Position numbers and translations under genes: made by a program | The notes under the pieces: model-generated | Seen by the model: the letters and a program-made list of their open reading frames with translations, nothing else | What the model was told of the DNA's origin: nothing | Databases searched by the model: none | In this document: positions 39,246 through 48,144 of the stretch, in pieces | Numbering within the stretch: the stretch's first letter is position 1 | How the letters are laid out: each line of letters starts with the position of its first letter | Source: Fibrobacterota bacterium | GTDB lineage: Bacteria; Fibrobacterota; Fibrobacteria; UBA11236 | Assembly: GCA_947466585.1 (NCBI GenBank) | Contig: CANIEU010000008.1 | Span: forward strand, 30,797 to 94,796 | Length of the DNA: 64,000 bases | Direction: 5' to 3'

Positions 39246-40054
39246 ACGCTTCCACTGAAAACTCTGTCGTCGTCAAAATCGGCGGCTCGCTGATGGAAAG
39301 CCCCGAGGCGCTGCGTAGCCTGACCAAGGCCCTCGCCGAGCTGTGGCTGGGCGGCATGCCGCTCATTTTGGCGCACGGTGGCGGCAAGGACATCAACCGC
39401 AATCTGGGTTGGCTCGGCGAAGAGCCGCGCTTCAAGAACGGATTGCGCGTGACTTCCGAAGCCGCGATGGAAATCGTGGAGATGACGCTCAGTGGTGCCG
39501 TGAACAAACGGTTGGTGTCGCTGCTGCAGCTCGTGGGCGCGCGCGCGTGCGGACTCAGCGGCGTGGACGGCTCCACGCTGATTTGCCGCCCGCTCGACCC
39601 CGAGCTGGGGCGCGTGGGTACCATTGCGCAGGTGCGGCCGGCATTGATCGACGCGCTTTTGAAGGATCGCTTTTTGCCGGTGCTGTCTCCGGTTTCGGCC
39701 GACTCCGCGGGCCTCCATTACAATGTGAACGCCGATGACGCGGCCGCCGCGCTGGCCACAGGCATGAAGGCGGAGAAACTCGTGTTCGTCTCCGATGTGC
39801 CCGGCGTGATGGATGGCGATAAAAACATCATCCCGCGCCTCGACCGCACGTCCGCCGAAGCGTTGATCGCCTCGGGCGTGATCGCCGGCGGAATGATTCC
39901 GAAGGTGCGCTCGTGCCTCGCCGCCGTCGAATCGGGGGTGGGAGAGGTGCATATCTGCGGATTCGCATCCGCCGCCGCTCTCGAAGGCCAGATCACCGGT
40001 GCGCAAAATACCGGAACGATCGTCGGAGTTACATCCGCACAGCCCGCTTCGTGA
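39242..40054 (+). CDS. argB: acetylglutamate kinase
   Basis: VVVKIGGSLM, LILAHGGGKDINRNL, NVNADDAAAALA, GGMIPKV. GTGA overlap with the argC stop. Confidence 0.92.
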   Translation: MNASTENSVVVKIGGSLMESPEALRSLTKALAELWLGGMPLILAHGGGKDINRNLGWLGEEPRFKNGLRVTSEAAMEIVEMTLSGAVNKRLVSLLQLVGARACGLSGVDGSTLICRPLDPELGRVGTIAQVRPALIDALLKDRFLPVLSPVSADSAGLHYNVNADDAAAALATGMKAEKLVFVSDVPGVMDGDKNIIPRLDRTSAEALIASGVIAGGMIPKVRSCLAAVESGVGEVHICGFASAAALEGQITGAQNTGTIVGVTSAQPAS

Positions 40055-41186
40055 ACACGCCCTTGTCGGTGTGTACCGTCAGCAGATAAACTCCCGCCAC
40101 GCCGCCGGTCAACTCCGTGAGGGAATAGATCCGTGGTCCGCGCCCGTTGCGCACTGCAAGCACGCTTCCGTCGACGCGTTGCACCCGGATCGTGTGCGAG
40201 CCCTCTCCCAAAAGTTCCAATTGTGTCGTATGGAAACGAACGGTCTTGGCGATTTCGGCCTGGCGGTACCCGATCGATGCGGGCCAGAGTGCTTTTTTAA
40301 AACCCGAAGCCGCAAGAACCGTGTCGCGCGTGCCGTAATATCCGTCGATATACAGCGCCGAATCCTTGAGGGTGACCAAGGAGAAATTGTTCCCCGTGCT
40401 CGTCGCGCCCGCGGGGCAGTTGCACATCGCCTTGTGGGTGTAGTAATGGATGCCGGCAATCTTGGCGTATCCACCTTCGTGACGATGCCCTTGCAACACA
40501 TGGGTGACGTTCCCATGGCTTTGCAGGATCGCCCGGATTTCGGCGGAGTTGTTCACCGAGTAATCGGAGCTGTCATTGAGGTTTTCATGGATGGCCACGA
40601 TCGTCGGCTTGTCGCCGGCACTGTCGAGGTCGGCTGTCAGCCAGTTTTTCTGCTCCGTCGGAATCTGGGCATCGTTCCATACCCACGGATCGATGCGGCC
40701 GAAATCCTTTCCGTTGGGGCTGTAGTTGCCGTCCATCACCACGAAATGGAATGGGCCGAAGTCGAAGGAGTAATAGTTTTTCTTGACCGCACCCAAGGAA
40801 CGGTTCAACCATTCGCTTTTGTTGAGCGAGGCTTCGTCGTGGTTGCCCAGCACCTGGTAAACGGGGCCTACGAACTTAGACACGCTTTTGTTCAGGGTGT
40901 CGATGTCTTTGTAGGCCTTGACGGTATCGGCGGCGGTTTGGGTGTAGGCGTCGACGTAGTCGCCGAGAATCAAGAGGAAGGCGGGCGATTTCGTGTTCAA
41001 AAACTTCACCGCCGTATCCATTTTCGGAATGGTGTTCCGGTAGCAGCGGTCTGTGGTGGAAGCCTTGTCGGCGTATTGCGGATCGGACATCAGCGCGAAG
41101 CGCAGGCTGTCGGGGCCGAGTTGGGACAGAGCGGCCGACGGCAGCAAGCCGAACGCCAGTAAGGCCACGCGCAGCAGATTCGACAT
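40029..41186 (-). CDS. secreted metallophosphoesterase with T9SS-type C-terminal sorting domain
   Basis: Signal peptide, calcineurin-like motifs (LMSDPQY, LGDYVD, VLGNHD, VAIHENL, GHRHEG). C-terminal ~70 aa beta-rich tail (IRVQRVDGSVLAVRNG...GVYLLTVHTDKGVFTKRAVRM). Confidence 0.75.
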   Translation of the reverse strand: MSNLLRVALLAFGLLPSAALSQLGPDSLRFALMSDPQYADKASTTDRCYRNTIPKMDTAVKFLNTKSPAFLLILGDYVDAYTQTAADTVKAYKDIDTLNKSVSKFVGPVYQVLGNHDEASLNKSEWLNRSLGAVKKNYYSFDFGPFHFVVMDGNYSPNGKDFGRIDPWVWNDAQIPTEQKNWLTADLDSAGDKPTIVAIHENLNDSSDYSVNNSAEIRAILQSHGNVTHVLQGHRHEGGYAKIAGIHYYTHKAMCNCPAGATSTGNNFSLVTLKDSALYIDGYYGTRDTVLAASGFKKALWPASIGYRQAEIAKTVRFHTTQLELLGEGSHTIRVQRVDGSVLAVRNGRGPRIYSLTELTGGVAGVYLLTVHTDKGVFTKRAVRM

Positions 41187-41362
41187 ACAACCCTCCGAAA
41201 CACCCGGCCGATCGCGGTCGGGGTGCTTTGAGTATACGCTCGATCACGATTTTCTGCCGGAATTAATTGCGCTCTGCCACGGTTTCCGCACGCATTTATA
41301 GGGAATTCGAGTGACTTCGGACCCCCTGGAGGATCCAAAGGCGGACAAAACCCTATCTTTGA

Positions 41363-42004
41363 TTGGTGCCGAAACGCGTCCTCATCCTCTTCGCCCACCC
41401 CGCACTCGAGAAATCGCGGGTCAACCGCTATCTGGCGGGGGCGGTGCAAAACATCCCCGGAGTCACTTTCAACGATCTCTACGAAGTCTATCCCGATTTC
41501 CAAATAGACGTGGCGCGCGAGCAGGAATTGCTGCTCGCACACGATGTCGTGGTGCTGCAACATCCTTTTTACTGGTACAGCAGCCCGGCGATCCTCAAGG
41601 AGTGGCAGGACCTCGTGCTCGAGCACGGATTCGCCTACGGCACGGATGGCACCGCACTGCGCGGCAAGGTGCTACTGAACGTGATCACCACGGCCGGGCC
41701 GCAAGAGGCGTATCGCCCCGAAGGCTACAATCGCTTCACCATGCGGCATTTGTTGTCTCCCTTCGAACAGACCGCCAGCCTATGCGGCATGCGGTATCTC
41801 GCCCCGCTTACGGTACACCGCGCGCTGTCACTCGCCAGTTTGCGCGACGTGGAGCCGCACGCTCTGTTGTATCGCCGCGCCATTGAGTCGCTCATCGACG
41901 GGTCGCTCGATCTCGAGGCTGCGACGCGCGCGGAACGGCTGAACGACGTGCTGCCCGCGCCCGATGCCATTGTCGCTTCCGGTACGGCGACGGGAGCGCT
42001 CTGA
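41363..42004 (+). CDS. kefG: NAD(P)H oxidoreductase, KefG/KefF-type ancillary subunit
   Basis: RVLILFAHPALEKSRVNRYL, VVVLQHPFYWYSSPAILKEWQDLVLEHGFAYG. Immediately upstream of kefC. Start TTG 41363 or GTG 41366. Confidence 0.85.
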   Translation: MVPKRVLILFAHPALEKSRVNRYLAGAVQNIPGVTFNDLYEVYPDFQIDVAREQELLLAHDVVVLQHPFYWYSSPAILKEWQDLVLEHGFAYGTDGTALRGKVLLNVITTAGPQEAYRPEGYNRFTMRHLLSPFEQTASLCGMRYLAPLTVHRALSLASLRDVEPHALLYRRAIESLIDGSLDLEAATRAERLNDVLPAPDAIVASGTATGAL

Positions 42005-42005
42005 C

Positions 42006-43886
42006 ATGCATTCCCATTTCCTCTTTCAGGCGTTCGTCTACCTAGCGGCGGCGGCCATCGCGGTTCCGGTCGCCAAGCGCCTCGGCCTCGGCTCGGTGCT
42101 GGGATATTTGCTCGCAGGCGCGGTGATCGGCCCGAACGTGCTGGGCCTCGTGGGAGGGCGCACCGAAGGCAGCGTGATGCACTTCGCCGAATTCGGCGTC
42201 GTGATGCTGCTCTTCCTCATCGGTCTCGAACTCAAGCCATCGCTGTTGTGGCGTCTGCGCGTTCCGATTCTCGGCATGGGCAGCGCCCAGGTTCTGCTCA
42301 CCACGGGTGCGGTGCTCGCCATCGGCTTGCTGGCGGGCCTGCCCGCGCGGCCGTCTCTGGCGCTTGGGCTGATTCTGGCGATGTCGTCCACCGCCATCGT
42401 ATTGCAATCGTTACAGGAGCGAAACTGGTTGAAGCTGCGCGGTGGGCAAGCCAGTTTCTCGGTGCTGTTGTTCCAGGACTTGGCCGTCATCCCCATCATC
42501 GCCTTGTTGCCGCTTTTGGCGACGACTAAAACCTCGGCGGTAACCGGCCACTCCGGTTTGCTGGAAGGCCTGTCCGCATGGGGCAAAACCGGAGTCGTAC
42601 TCCTGGCGGTGGGTGCGGTGGTGGCCGGCGGTCAGTTGCTTGCGCGGCCCGTGTTCCGCTTCATCGCGGGCGCACGCCTACCCGAAGTATTCACCGCTTT
42701 CGCCCTGATGCTCGTGATCGGAATCGCCTTGCTCATGCAGACGGTGGGGCTGAGCCCCGCGCTGGGTGCCTTTCTCGCGGGCGTGGTGCTGGCCGAAAGC
42801 GAATACCGTCACGAGTTGGAAGGCGACATCGAGCCCTTTAAGGGATTGTTGCTGGGTCTGTTTTTCCTTTCGGTGGGATCGGCGATCGATTTCCCTTTCA
42901 TCCACGATCATTTGGGACTCGTCGTGGGCGGCGCCCTAGGCGTGGTGGTCCTCAAATTTTTGGTGCTCGTCACGGTGTCCATCGTGTTCCGGCGCCAGTG
43001 GTCCGACACCTTGCTGTTCGGATTTGCGCTGGCACAGGTGGGCGAGTTCGCCTTCGTGCTGCTGGGTCTTTCGGAGCGTCTCGGCGTACTCCCGCCCGAC
43101 TGGACGCGCGCCGCGATGGCGGTAACGGCGCTGTCGATGACGGCCACGCCGCCCCTGTTACTGCTGTTGCACAAGTTGCCCCGCGTGCGCGCAGGCGGCG
43201 ACGCCGACCGCGCCATGGACTCCATCGAGCCCGAAGTGCCCGGCCGGGTGATTCTCGCGGGCTTCGGCCGCATGGGCAACATCATCGGCCGTTTTTTGCA
43301 GGCCAACGGTGTGCCCACCACGGTGCTCGACGTCGATGCGGAACTCGTGGACGGTGTGCGCAAGGTGGGGCTCAAGGCTTGGTACGGCGATGCTTCGCGT
43401 CTCGACATGTTGCGCGCGGCGGGCGCGGATCAGGCCGAAGTGCTGATCCTCACGCTTTCCGACACGACCAAGATCCGCGCCATCGGCGAGCTGGCGCGCA
43501 AACATTTCCCGCATCTCAAAATCCTGGCGCGCAGCCGCCGGCGCGTGGACGCCTACGAGCTGATCAACGCGGGATTCGAGCACGTCTATCGCGAAACCCT
43601 GGGCACCTCCCTCGACATGGGTGTGGACGCGCTGCAACTGGTGGGCTTTCGGGCGTACCACGCGCGCCGCGCCGCCTTCGCCTTCCGCAAGCACAACGAG
43701 GCGAGCATGCGCGAACTGGCTTCGCACTGGGGCGGCCAAAACTATTTCAACGTACTGCGCGCCAAGATCGAAGAAGCGGAGAGCATCCTGCGCGGCGGCG
43801 GCGCGGTGCTGAAGGATCAGGTGGACGCCGCCTGGGACAACGAGCCGCTGCGCGAAGAAGCGGCCAAAGGAACATTGCGCCGCTAG
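42006..43886 (+). CDS. kefC: glutathione-regulated K+ efflux system protein (CPA2 family) with TrkA-N domain
   Basis: FVYLAAAAIAVPVAKRLGLGSVLGYLLAGAVIGP, FLLFLIGLEL, Rossmann VILAGFGRMGNIIGRFL. ATG 42006 2 nt after the kefG stop. Confidence 0.88.
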   Translation: MHSHFLFQAFVYLAAAAIAVPVAKRLGLGSVLGYLLAGAVIGPNVLGLVGGRTEGSVMHFAEFGVVMLLFLIGLELKPSLLWRLRVPILGMGSAQVLLTTGAVLAIGLLAGLPARPSLALGLILAMSSTAIVLQSLQERNWLKLRGGQASFSVLLFQDLAVIPIIALLPLLATTKTSAVTGHSGLLEGLSAWGKTGVVLLAVGAVVAGGQLLARPVFRFIAGARLPEVFTAFALMLVIGIALLMQTVGLSPALGAFLAGVVLAESEYRHELEGDIEPFKGLLLGLFFLSVGSAIDFPFIHDHLGLVVGGALGVVVLKFLVLVTVSIVFRRQWSDTLLFGFALAQVGEFAFVLLGLSERLGVLPPDWTRAAMAVTALSMTATPPLLLLLHKLPRVRAGGDADRAMDSIEPEVPGRVILAGFGRMGNIIGRFLQANGVPTTVLDVDAELVDGVRKVGLKAWYGDASRLDMLRAAGADQAEVLILTLSDTTKIRAIGELARKHFPHLKILARSRRRVDAYELINAGFEHVYRETLGTSLDMGVDALQLVGFRAYHARRAAFAFRKHNEASMRELASHWGGQNYFNVLRAKIEEAESILRGGGAVLKDQVDAAWDNEPLREEAAKGTLRR

Positions 43887-43933
43887 GGAAAAACGAGGCG
43901 GCGCGTGGGGACGCTTAAGAGGTAATTCGGGTG

Positions 43934-44431
43934 TTAGGGCGCGCTCAGGTCGATCAAGAGGCGCAACATGCGAAAGCGCTCAAGAACTTCGCCGTAGCGC
44001 TCCACCGATTCTCGCGCGTCTACTTTGTACTCGAACTTCTCGAAGAACAGGCGGCTGACTCGGCTTGCCTCGGTTTGAATCCACAGCGCACCGGCTGCTA
44101 GAGCGTGCGCCTCCAATTCACGATAAATGATGGAAGCGATTCCTCTCCGAGCGTAAGCGGTTCGACAGTAGAGGAATTCGACATGGTCCGACGGGTCGAG
44201 CTGGCCGAATGCCACGGGTTGCCCGGCTGACTCGGCGACTAGAGTCACCCCGCGCGAAAGCTTTTCCCGGAACTCCTCCAAGTCTTCTGGGTAACGCGAC
44301 CAAACGTTCAGTTGCGCCGGGGTGTAACCGCTCGACCCAGACCCTTGAATGGCATCGCGCATCACCTCTGCCAGGGTAGCGGCGTCTTCAGACTTGTAGG
44401 GTCGTAAAAATACCGGATCCGAGCCTTCCAT
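43934..44431 (-). CDS. GNAT family N-acetyltransferase
   Basis: 165 aa; RRGIASIIYRELEAHALAAG acetyl-CoA binding motif. Confidence 0.8.
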   Translation of the reverse strand: MEGSDPVFLRPYKSEDAATLAEVMRDAIQGSGSSGYTPAQLNVWSRYPEDLEEFREKLSRGVTLVAESAGQPVAFGQLDPSDHVEFLYCRTAYARRGIASIIYRELEAHALAAGALWIQTEASRVSRLFFEKFEYKVDARESVERYGEVLERFRMLRLLIDLSAP

Positions 44432-45169
44432 TCACCCCCCGAATGCCAACTTCACCCCCGCGATCAAAAGCACCGCGGCGAGCAGCAACTGGATCGTCCG
44501 CACGGGAAAGCGGCGGCTGCCGAGATAAGATCCGAAGGTCCCGCCCAGAATGGCGACGATCGCAAGCGGCCATGCAAGCGCCGGGACGCTTTTTCCGGAG
44601 CTCAAGAATCCTGCGAGGCCCGTAACGGAATTCACGAGGATGAACAACACCGACGTCGCAGCAACGTTCTTCGTTTTCGCCCAACGACAGAGCAACATGA
44701 GCGGCGTCAGAAAAATCCCTCCGCCCGTACCGGTGAGTCCCGAAAGAAGGCCGAGACCTGCGCCGGTAGCGAGTGCCATCGGAAGTTTCGGAGGCGCTGC
44801 TTCGACGGGATCTCCGGGCCGGAGAAAAAACCTCAGCGCCGAAAAGAGGAGAACGATTCCCACCACGATCTTGAAGAGAGGGGTCGGGAGGTGGAGATAG
44901 CCACCCAGAAATGCAGCGGGTGCGGCGAGCAGCGCGAAAGGCCAAAAGAGGCTCCAGCGAAAATGACCCGCGCGCCAGAATTGATACGAGCCGATCGCCG
45001 CCACGAGGATATTGAGGACGAGGGCGGTCGGCTTGATCACATCGGGTGCGAAACCTGCAAGGGCCAAAACCGCGATGTAGCCGGAGGCGCCCGCATGGCC
45101 GACGGCGGAGTACAAGAAGGCCACGGCGAGAATCGCAGCGCCAATCAAAATCAAGGCAAGAGGATCCAC
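44432..45169 (-). CDS. TauE/SafE family sulfite/anion exporter
   Basis: Polytopic; AFLYSAVGHAGASGYIAVL..., GLTGTGGGIFLTPLMLL. GTG 45169 chosen because the longer ORF overlaps moaE. Confidence 0.78.
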   Translation of the reverse strand: MDPLALILIGAAILAVAFLYSAVGHAGASGYIAVLALAGFAPDVIKPTALVLNILVAAIGSYQFWRAGHFRWSLFWPFALLAAPAAFLGGYLHLPTPLFKIVVGIVLLFSALRFFLRPGDPVEAAPPKLPMALATGAGLGLLSGLTGTGGGIFLTPLMLLCRWAKTKNVAATSVLFILVNSVTGLAGFLSSGKSVPALAWPLAIVAILGGTFGSYLGSRRFPVRTIQLLLAAVLLIAGVKLAFGG

Positions 45170-45171
45170 GT

Positions 45172-45606
45172 TCAGCCCGCGTGCGGAGAATCGCAACCCG
45201 CACAACCGACCCACTCCACCGATCCATCCGTGTAAAACTCGCGTTTCCAGATCGGCACGCGATGCTTCACCGTGTCGATGATGTAACGGCAGGCGTCGAA
45301 GGCCTCGCCGCGGTGCGCCGCTGCCACGCCGACCCACACCGCCATGTCACCGATGGCAAGTCCGCCCGTGCGATGCACGCAGGTCGCACCAAGAATGTCG
45401 AACTTCTCACGTGCGGCGCGCACGATCTCTTCGCCCTCATTGTTCGCAAGTGCGAGATACGCTTCATATTCGAGCCGCAACACGGAACGCCCATCATTGT
45501 GGTTGCGTACGATCCCCTCGAAGGTCACGGATGCGCCAGCCGCGTCATTCTCCAACTCCGCACGGAGCGTGGCGGCATCGATCGGTTTGTCGGTCAGACG
45601 AAACAT
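45172..45606 (-). CDS. moaE: molybdopterin synthase catalytic subunit
   Basis: GASVTFEGIVRNHNDG, VHRTGGLAIGDMAVWVGVAAAHRGEAFDACRYIIDTVKHRVPIWKRE. Confidence 0.9.
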   Translation of the reverse strand: MFRLTDKPIDAATLRAELENDAAGASVTFEGIVRNHNDGRSVLRLEYEAYLALANNEGEEIVRAAREKFDILGATCVHRTGGLAIGDMAVWVGVAAAHRGEAFDACRYIIDTVKHRVPIWKREFYTDGSVEWVGCAGCDSPHAG

Positions 45607-45639
45607 GCAAGAGATCCTATTCCAAAGTCCATCGAAAAT

Positions 45640-46497
45640 CTATCCGCCCGATACGGGCGGAATGAAAACCAACCGGTCGCCCGGACGCAAGACGGCGTCC
45701 CACGATGCATACGCGTCATTAATGGCCACATGCACGGATTCTCGTGTGAGGGCGAAGCCGTACCGGACCCGCATCCGTTCATACAGATCGGCAAGTGAGG
45801 CCCCGTCTAAAGGGATTTCTTCGGACGAGCGTTTGGCTTGCGCACGGAAGATGGCGAAATACTCGACGGTCACCGTCGCGCCACCGGAGAGAAGCGCGAA
45901 AGCTTTCTCGAAATCCTCCGGGTGATTCGCATTGTCCAAAAACAAAGCGTTATCCGGACGCAGACGCTCGACATCCAGCGCATTGGCGATCTTCGTCGGA
46001 CAGGTCAAACCCTGCGTCATCACGGCGCGGGCCCGTTCCAAATACTCCGGCTCGTATATCGCGCACAGAGGTTCGAGGAAGTTGTCGCGCAGCGGGTTCT
46101 CGAATACGGTCAGAGTTTTCGCGGCATCGCGCCCGGCCACCAAGGTCGCCAGCGCCTCTGCGGAGAGAAACGGCAGATCGCACGCGGCCACCAGAAACGC
46201 CTTGCCGGGATGCGCGGCGAGCGCGGATAGAATGCCGTTCAGAGGGCCGCCGACATCGAAGTGGTCGGAGATTTTATCGAGGCCGGCAAGGGTAGGGTCG
46301 GATTCCTGATCCGCACGGCAAGAAACGAACACCCGCTCGCACACCGCTGCGAGCAAATCGGCTGTGCGCCGCGCGTGCGGTACGCCGTCCTGATAAGCCA
46401 GTGCGGCCTTATCGCGGCCCATGCGCCGGCTGCGGCCACCGGCCAGCACGAGACCGTACAACGGCGCGGCAACGGATTCATTCGGTTCAGTCGACAC
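45640..46497 (-). CDS. MobA-like molybdenum cofactor guanylyltransferase fused to MoaD sulfur-carrier domain
   Basis: N-terminal LYGLVLAGGRSRRMGRDKAAL, GPLNGILSAL, LVAACDLPF (MobA). C-terminal ~80 aa VTVEYFAIFRAQA...PGDRLVFIPPVSGG* (ThiS/MoaD fold ending in GG). Confidence 0.8.
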   Translation of the reverse strand: MSTEPNESVAAPLYGLVLAGGRSRRMGRDKAALAYQDGVPHARRTADLLAAVCERVFVSCRADQESDPTLAGLDKISDHFDVGGPLNGILSALAAHPGKAFLVAACDLPFLSAEALATLVAGRDAAKTLTVFENPLRDNFLEPLCAIYEPEYLERARAVMTQGLTCPTKIANALDVERLRPDNALFLDNANHPEDFEKAFALLSGGATVTVEYFAIFRAQAKRSSEEIPLDGASLADLYERMRVRYGFALTRESVHVAINDAYASWDAVLRPGDRLVFIPPVSGG

Positions 46498-46969
46498 GGT
46501 AATCCTTCTTGCCGCCGGTCTTCTCCAGCAATCGCACCGACCGGATTTCGATGCCGTGCGACAGCGCCTTGCACATGTCGTACAGTGTCAGAGCGGCCAC
46601 AGTGGCACCCGTGAGCGCTTCCATTTCCACCCCCGTGCGATGGCTGGTGGATACGGAGCAGACGATGCGGACGCACTCACCTTCGCCTTCCTGCATGGCG
46701 ATCGAGATCTGGCAATCATCGAGCGGCAGGGAGTGGCACAGCGGAATCAGTTGGTCGGTTTTCTTCGCGGCCATAACGCCTGCCAGAGTCGCCGTGTGGA
46801 AAACCGGACCCTTGGGGCTGCGGATGTCGCCGTTCGTAAATTGCGCCCGCACGCTTTCGGGCAGCCACACCAAGGCCTCCGCGCGTGCGGTGCGGCGTGT
46901 CACCGCCTTGCCGCCGATATCGACCATTGAGGGAGCGCCGCTCGCATTGAGGTGGGAGAAGAGATTCAT
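46487..46969 (-). CDS. moaC: cyclic pyranopterin monophosphate synthase
   Basis: MVDIGGKAVTRRTA, KKTDQLIPLCHSLPL, TGVEMEALTGATVAALTLYDMCKA. Confidence 0.92.
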   Translation of the reverse strand: MNLFSHLNASGAPSMVDIGGKAVTRRTARAEALVWLPESVRAQFTNGDIRSPKGPVFHTATLAGVMAAKKTDQLIPLCHSLPLDDCQISIAMQEGEGECVRIVCSVSTSHRTGVEMEALTGATVAALTLYDMCKALSHGIEIRSVRLLEKTGGKKDYRVD

Positions 46970-46996
46970 GAACCTTTAGCTCCCGGGCATACGGAA

Positions 46997-47126
46997 AAAT
47001 ATGAAATATGAAAGGGAGACTACTTCGCGCATACTCTCAACACGCGTACGATTTAAAAAATCCCATTTCGGAAATGCATTTTGTTTCTGCGTTACTTTCA
47101 TATTTCCGATTTTATATTTCATCTTT
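46997..47126. repeat. E5: inverted AT-rich heptamer arrays (AAATATG / CATATTT) between moaA and moaC
   Basis: Left AAATATG AAATATG AAAGGGA (46997-47017). Right TTACTTT CATATTT CCGATTT TATATTT CATCTTT (47092-47126). 12-nt perfect complement GAAATATGAAAG 47003-47014 / CTTTCATATTTC 47095-47106. Spacer contains the palindrome CATTTCGGAAATG. Confidence 0.8.
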
Positions 47127-47130
47127 CTCT

Positions 47131-48144
47131 TCATCCTCCGATTTCGTGCATCGCCTGGTCGACGTGGTCGAGGCGGCCCGTTGGCTTCATCGCCATCACC
47201 CGGTCGAGGACGTCCCCATACCCGGACGACGATACGTTCCGCAACGAGACTCCGCGCTCGCTCATCAAACACGAGCGCAGCGTTCCCGTGGCCGACAGGC
47301 GCAGGCGGGAACACGCACCGCAAAACGGTTTCGACTCCGAGGCGATGAAACCGAGGCGCGCGCCCGCGGACGTTTCGAACACGAACGAGGTGGAGTCGTG
47401 CGGAACCGCGACGGCATTCATTCCAACATGCGGCTCGAGAGATGCGATCATCTCGTCCGCGGATACGAAGCGGTCGAAGGTGGTCGCATGTTCCGGTCCG
47501 ATTTTCATGTACTCAAGAAAGCGGACTTCGACCCCCGAAGCGGCAGACCACCGCGCGAAATCGGGCAGTTCGTCGTCGTTGATGCCGCGGAATACGATGG
47601 CGTTTACCTTGACCGTGAAGCCCGATGTCGCCGCCTGTTCGATGCAAGCCATCACGGTATGGAAGTCTCCACCGCGCGTGATGCGCTCGAAACGGCCGGC
47701 ATCGAGGCTGTCGAGACTGATGTTCAGGTGGGTGCAACCAAGGTCGCGCAAAAAATCGAGATGACGCGCGAGCAATTGACCGTTGCTGGTGAGGCTCAGG
47801 CGTTGTGCCGGGATCCGCGACAGCACGGTCATGATTTCCCGGAACTCGGGGCGCACGGTAGGCTCGCCGCCGGTGACGCGGAGTTCTTCGATGCCCCGCG
47901 ATACCAGTTCGGAGCAGATGGCGCCGTACTCCGATGGCGACAACAGTTCGGCGTTGCGCGTGAACACCGGGTTCTCCGGCATGCAGTAAAAACAACGGTA
48001 TTGGCAGGCGTCGGTAAGCGAAACCCGCAGCTTGCGCATCACGCGGCCCGAAGGGTCGACAAGCGGTTTGACCAGAGAATCGCTCTGGAGCCGCGCACGC
48101 GGCAGGACCGGAATTTCAGGGGTGCGGGCGATCATGGGGACCAT
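47131..48144 (-). CDS. moaA: GTP 3',8-cyclase (radical SAM)
   Basis: LRVSLTDACQYRCFYCMPE (CX3CX2C), GGEPTVRP, C-terminal CGACSRLRLSATG cluster. Confidence 0.93.
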   Translation of the reverse strand: MVPMIARTPEIPVLPRARLQSDSLVKPLVDPSGRVMRKLRVSLTDACQYRCFYCMPENPVFTRNAELLSPSEYGAICSELVSRGIEELRVTGGEPTVRPEFREIMTVLSRIPAQRLSLTSNGQLLARHLDFLRDLGCTHLNISLDSLDAGRFERITRGGDFHTVMACIEQAATSGFTVKVNAIVFRGINDDELPDFARWSAASGVEVRFLEYMKIGPEHATTFDRFVSADEMIASLEPHVGMNAVAVPHDSTSFVFETSAGARLGFIASESKPFCGACSRLRLSATGTLRSCLMSERGVSLRNVSSSGYGDVLDRVMAMKPTGRLDHVDQAMHEIGG

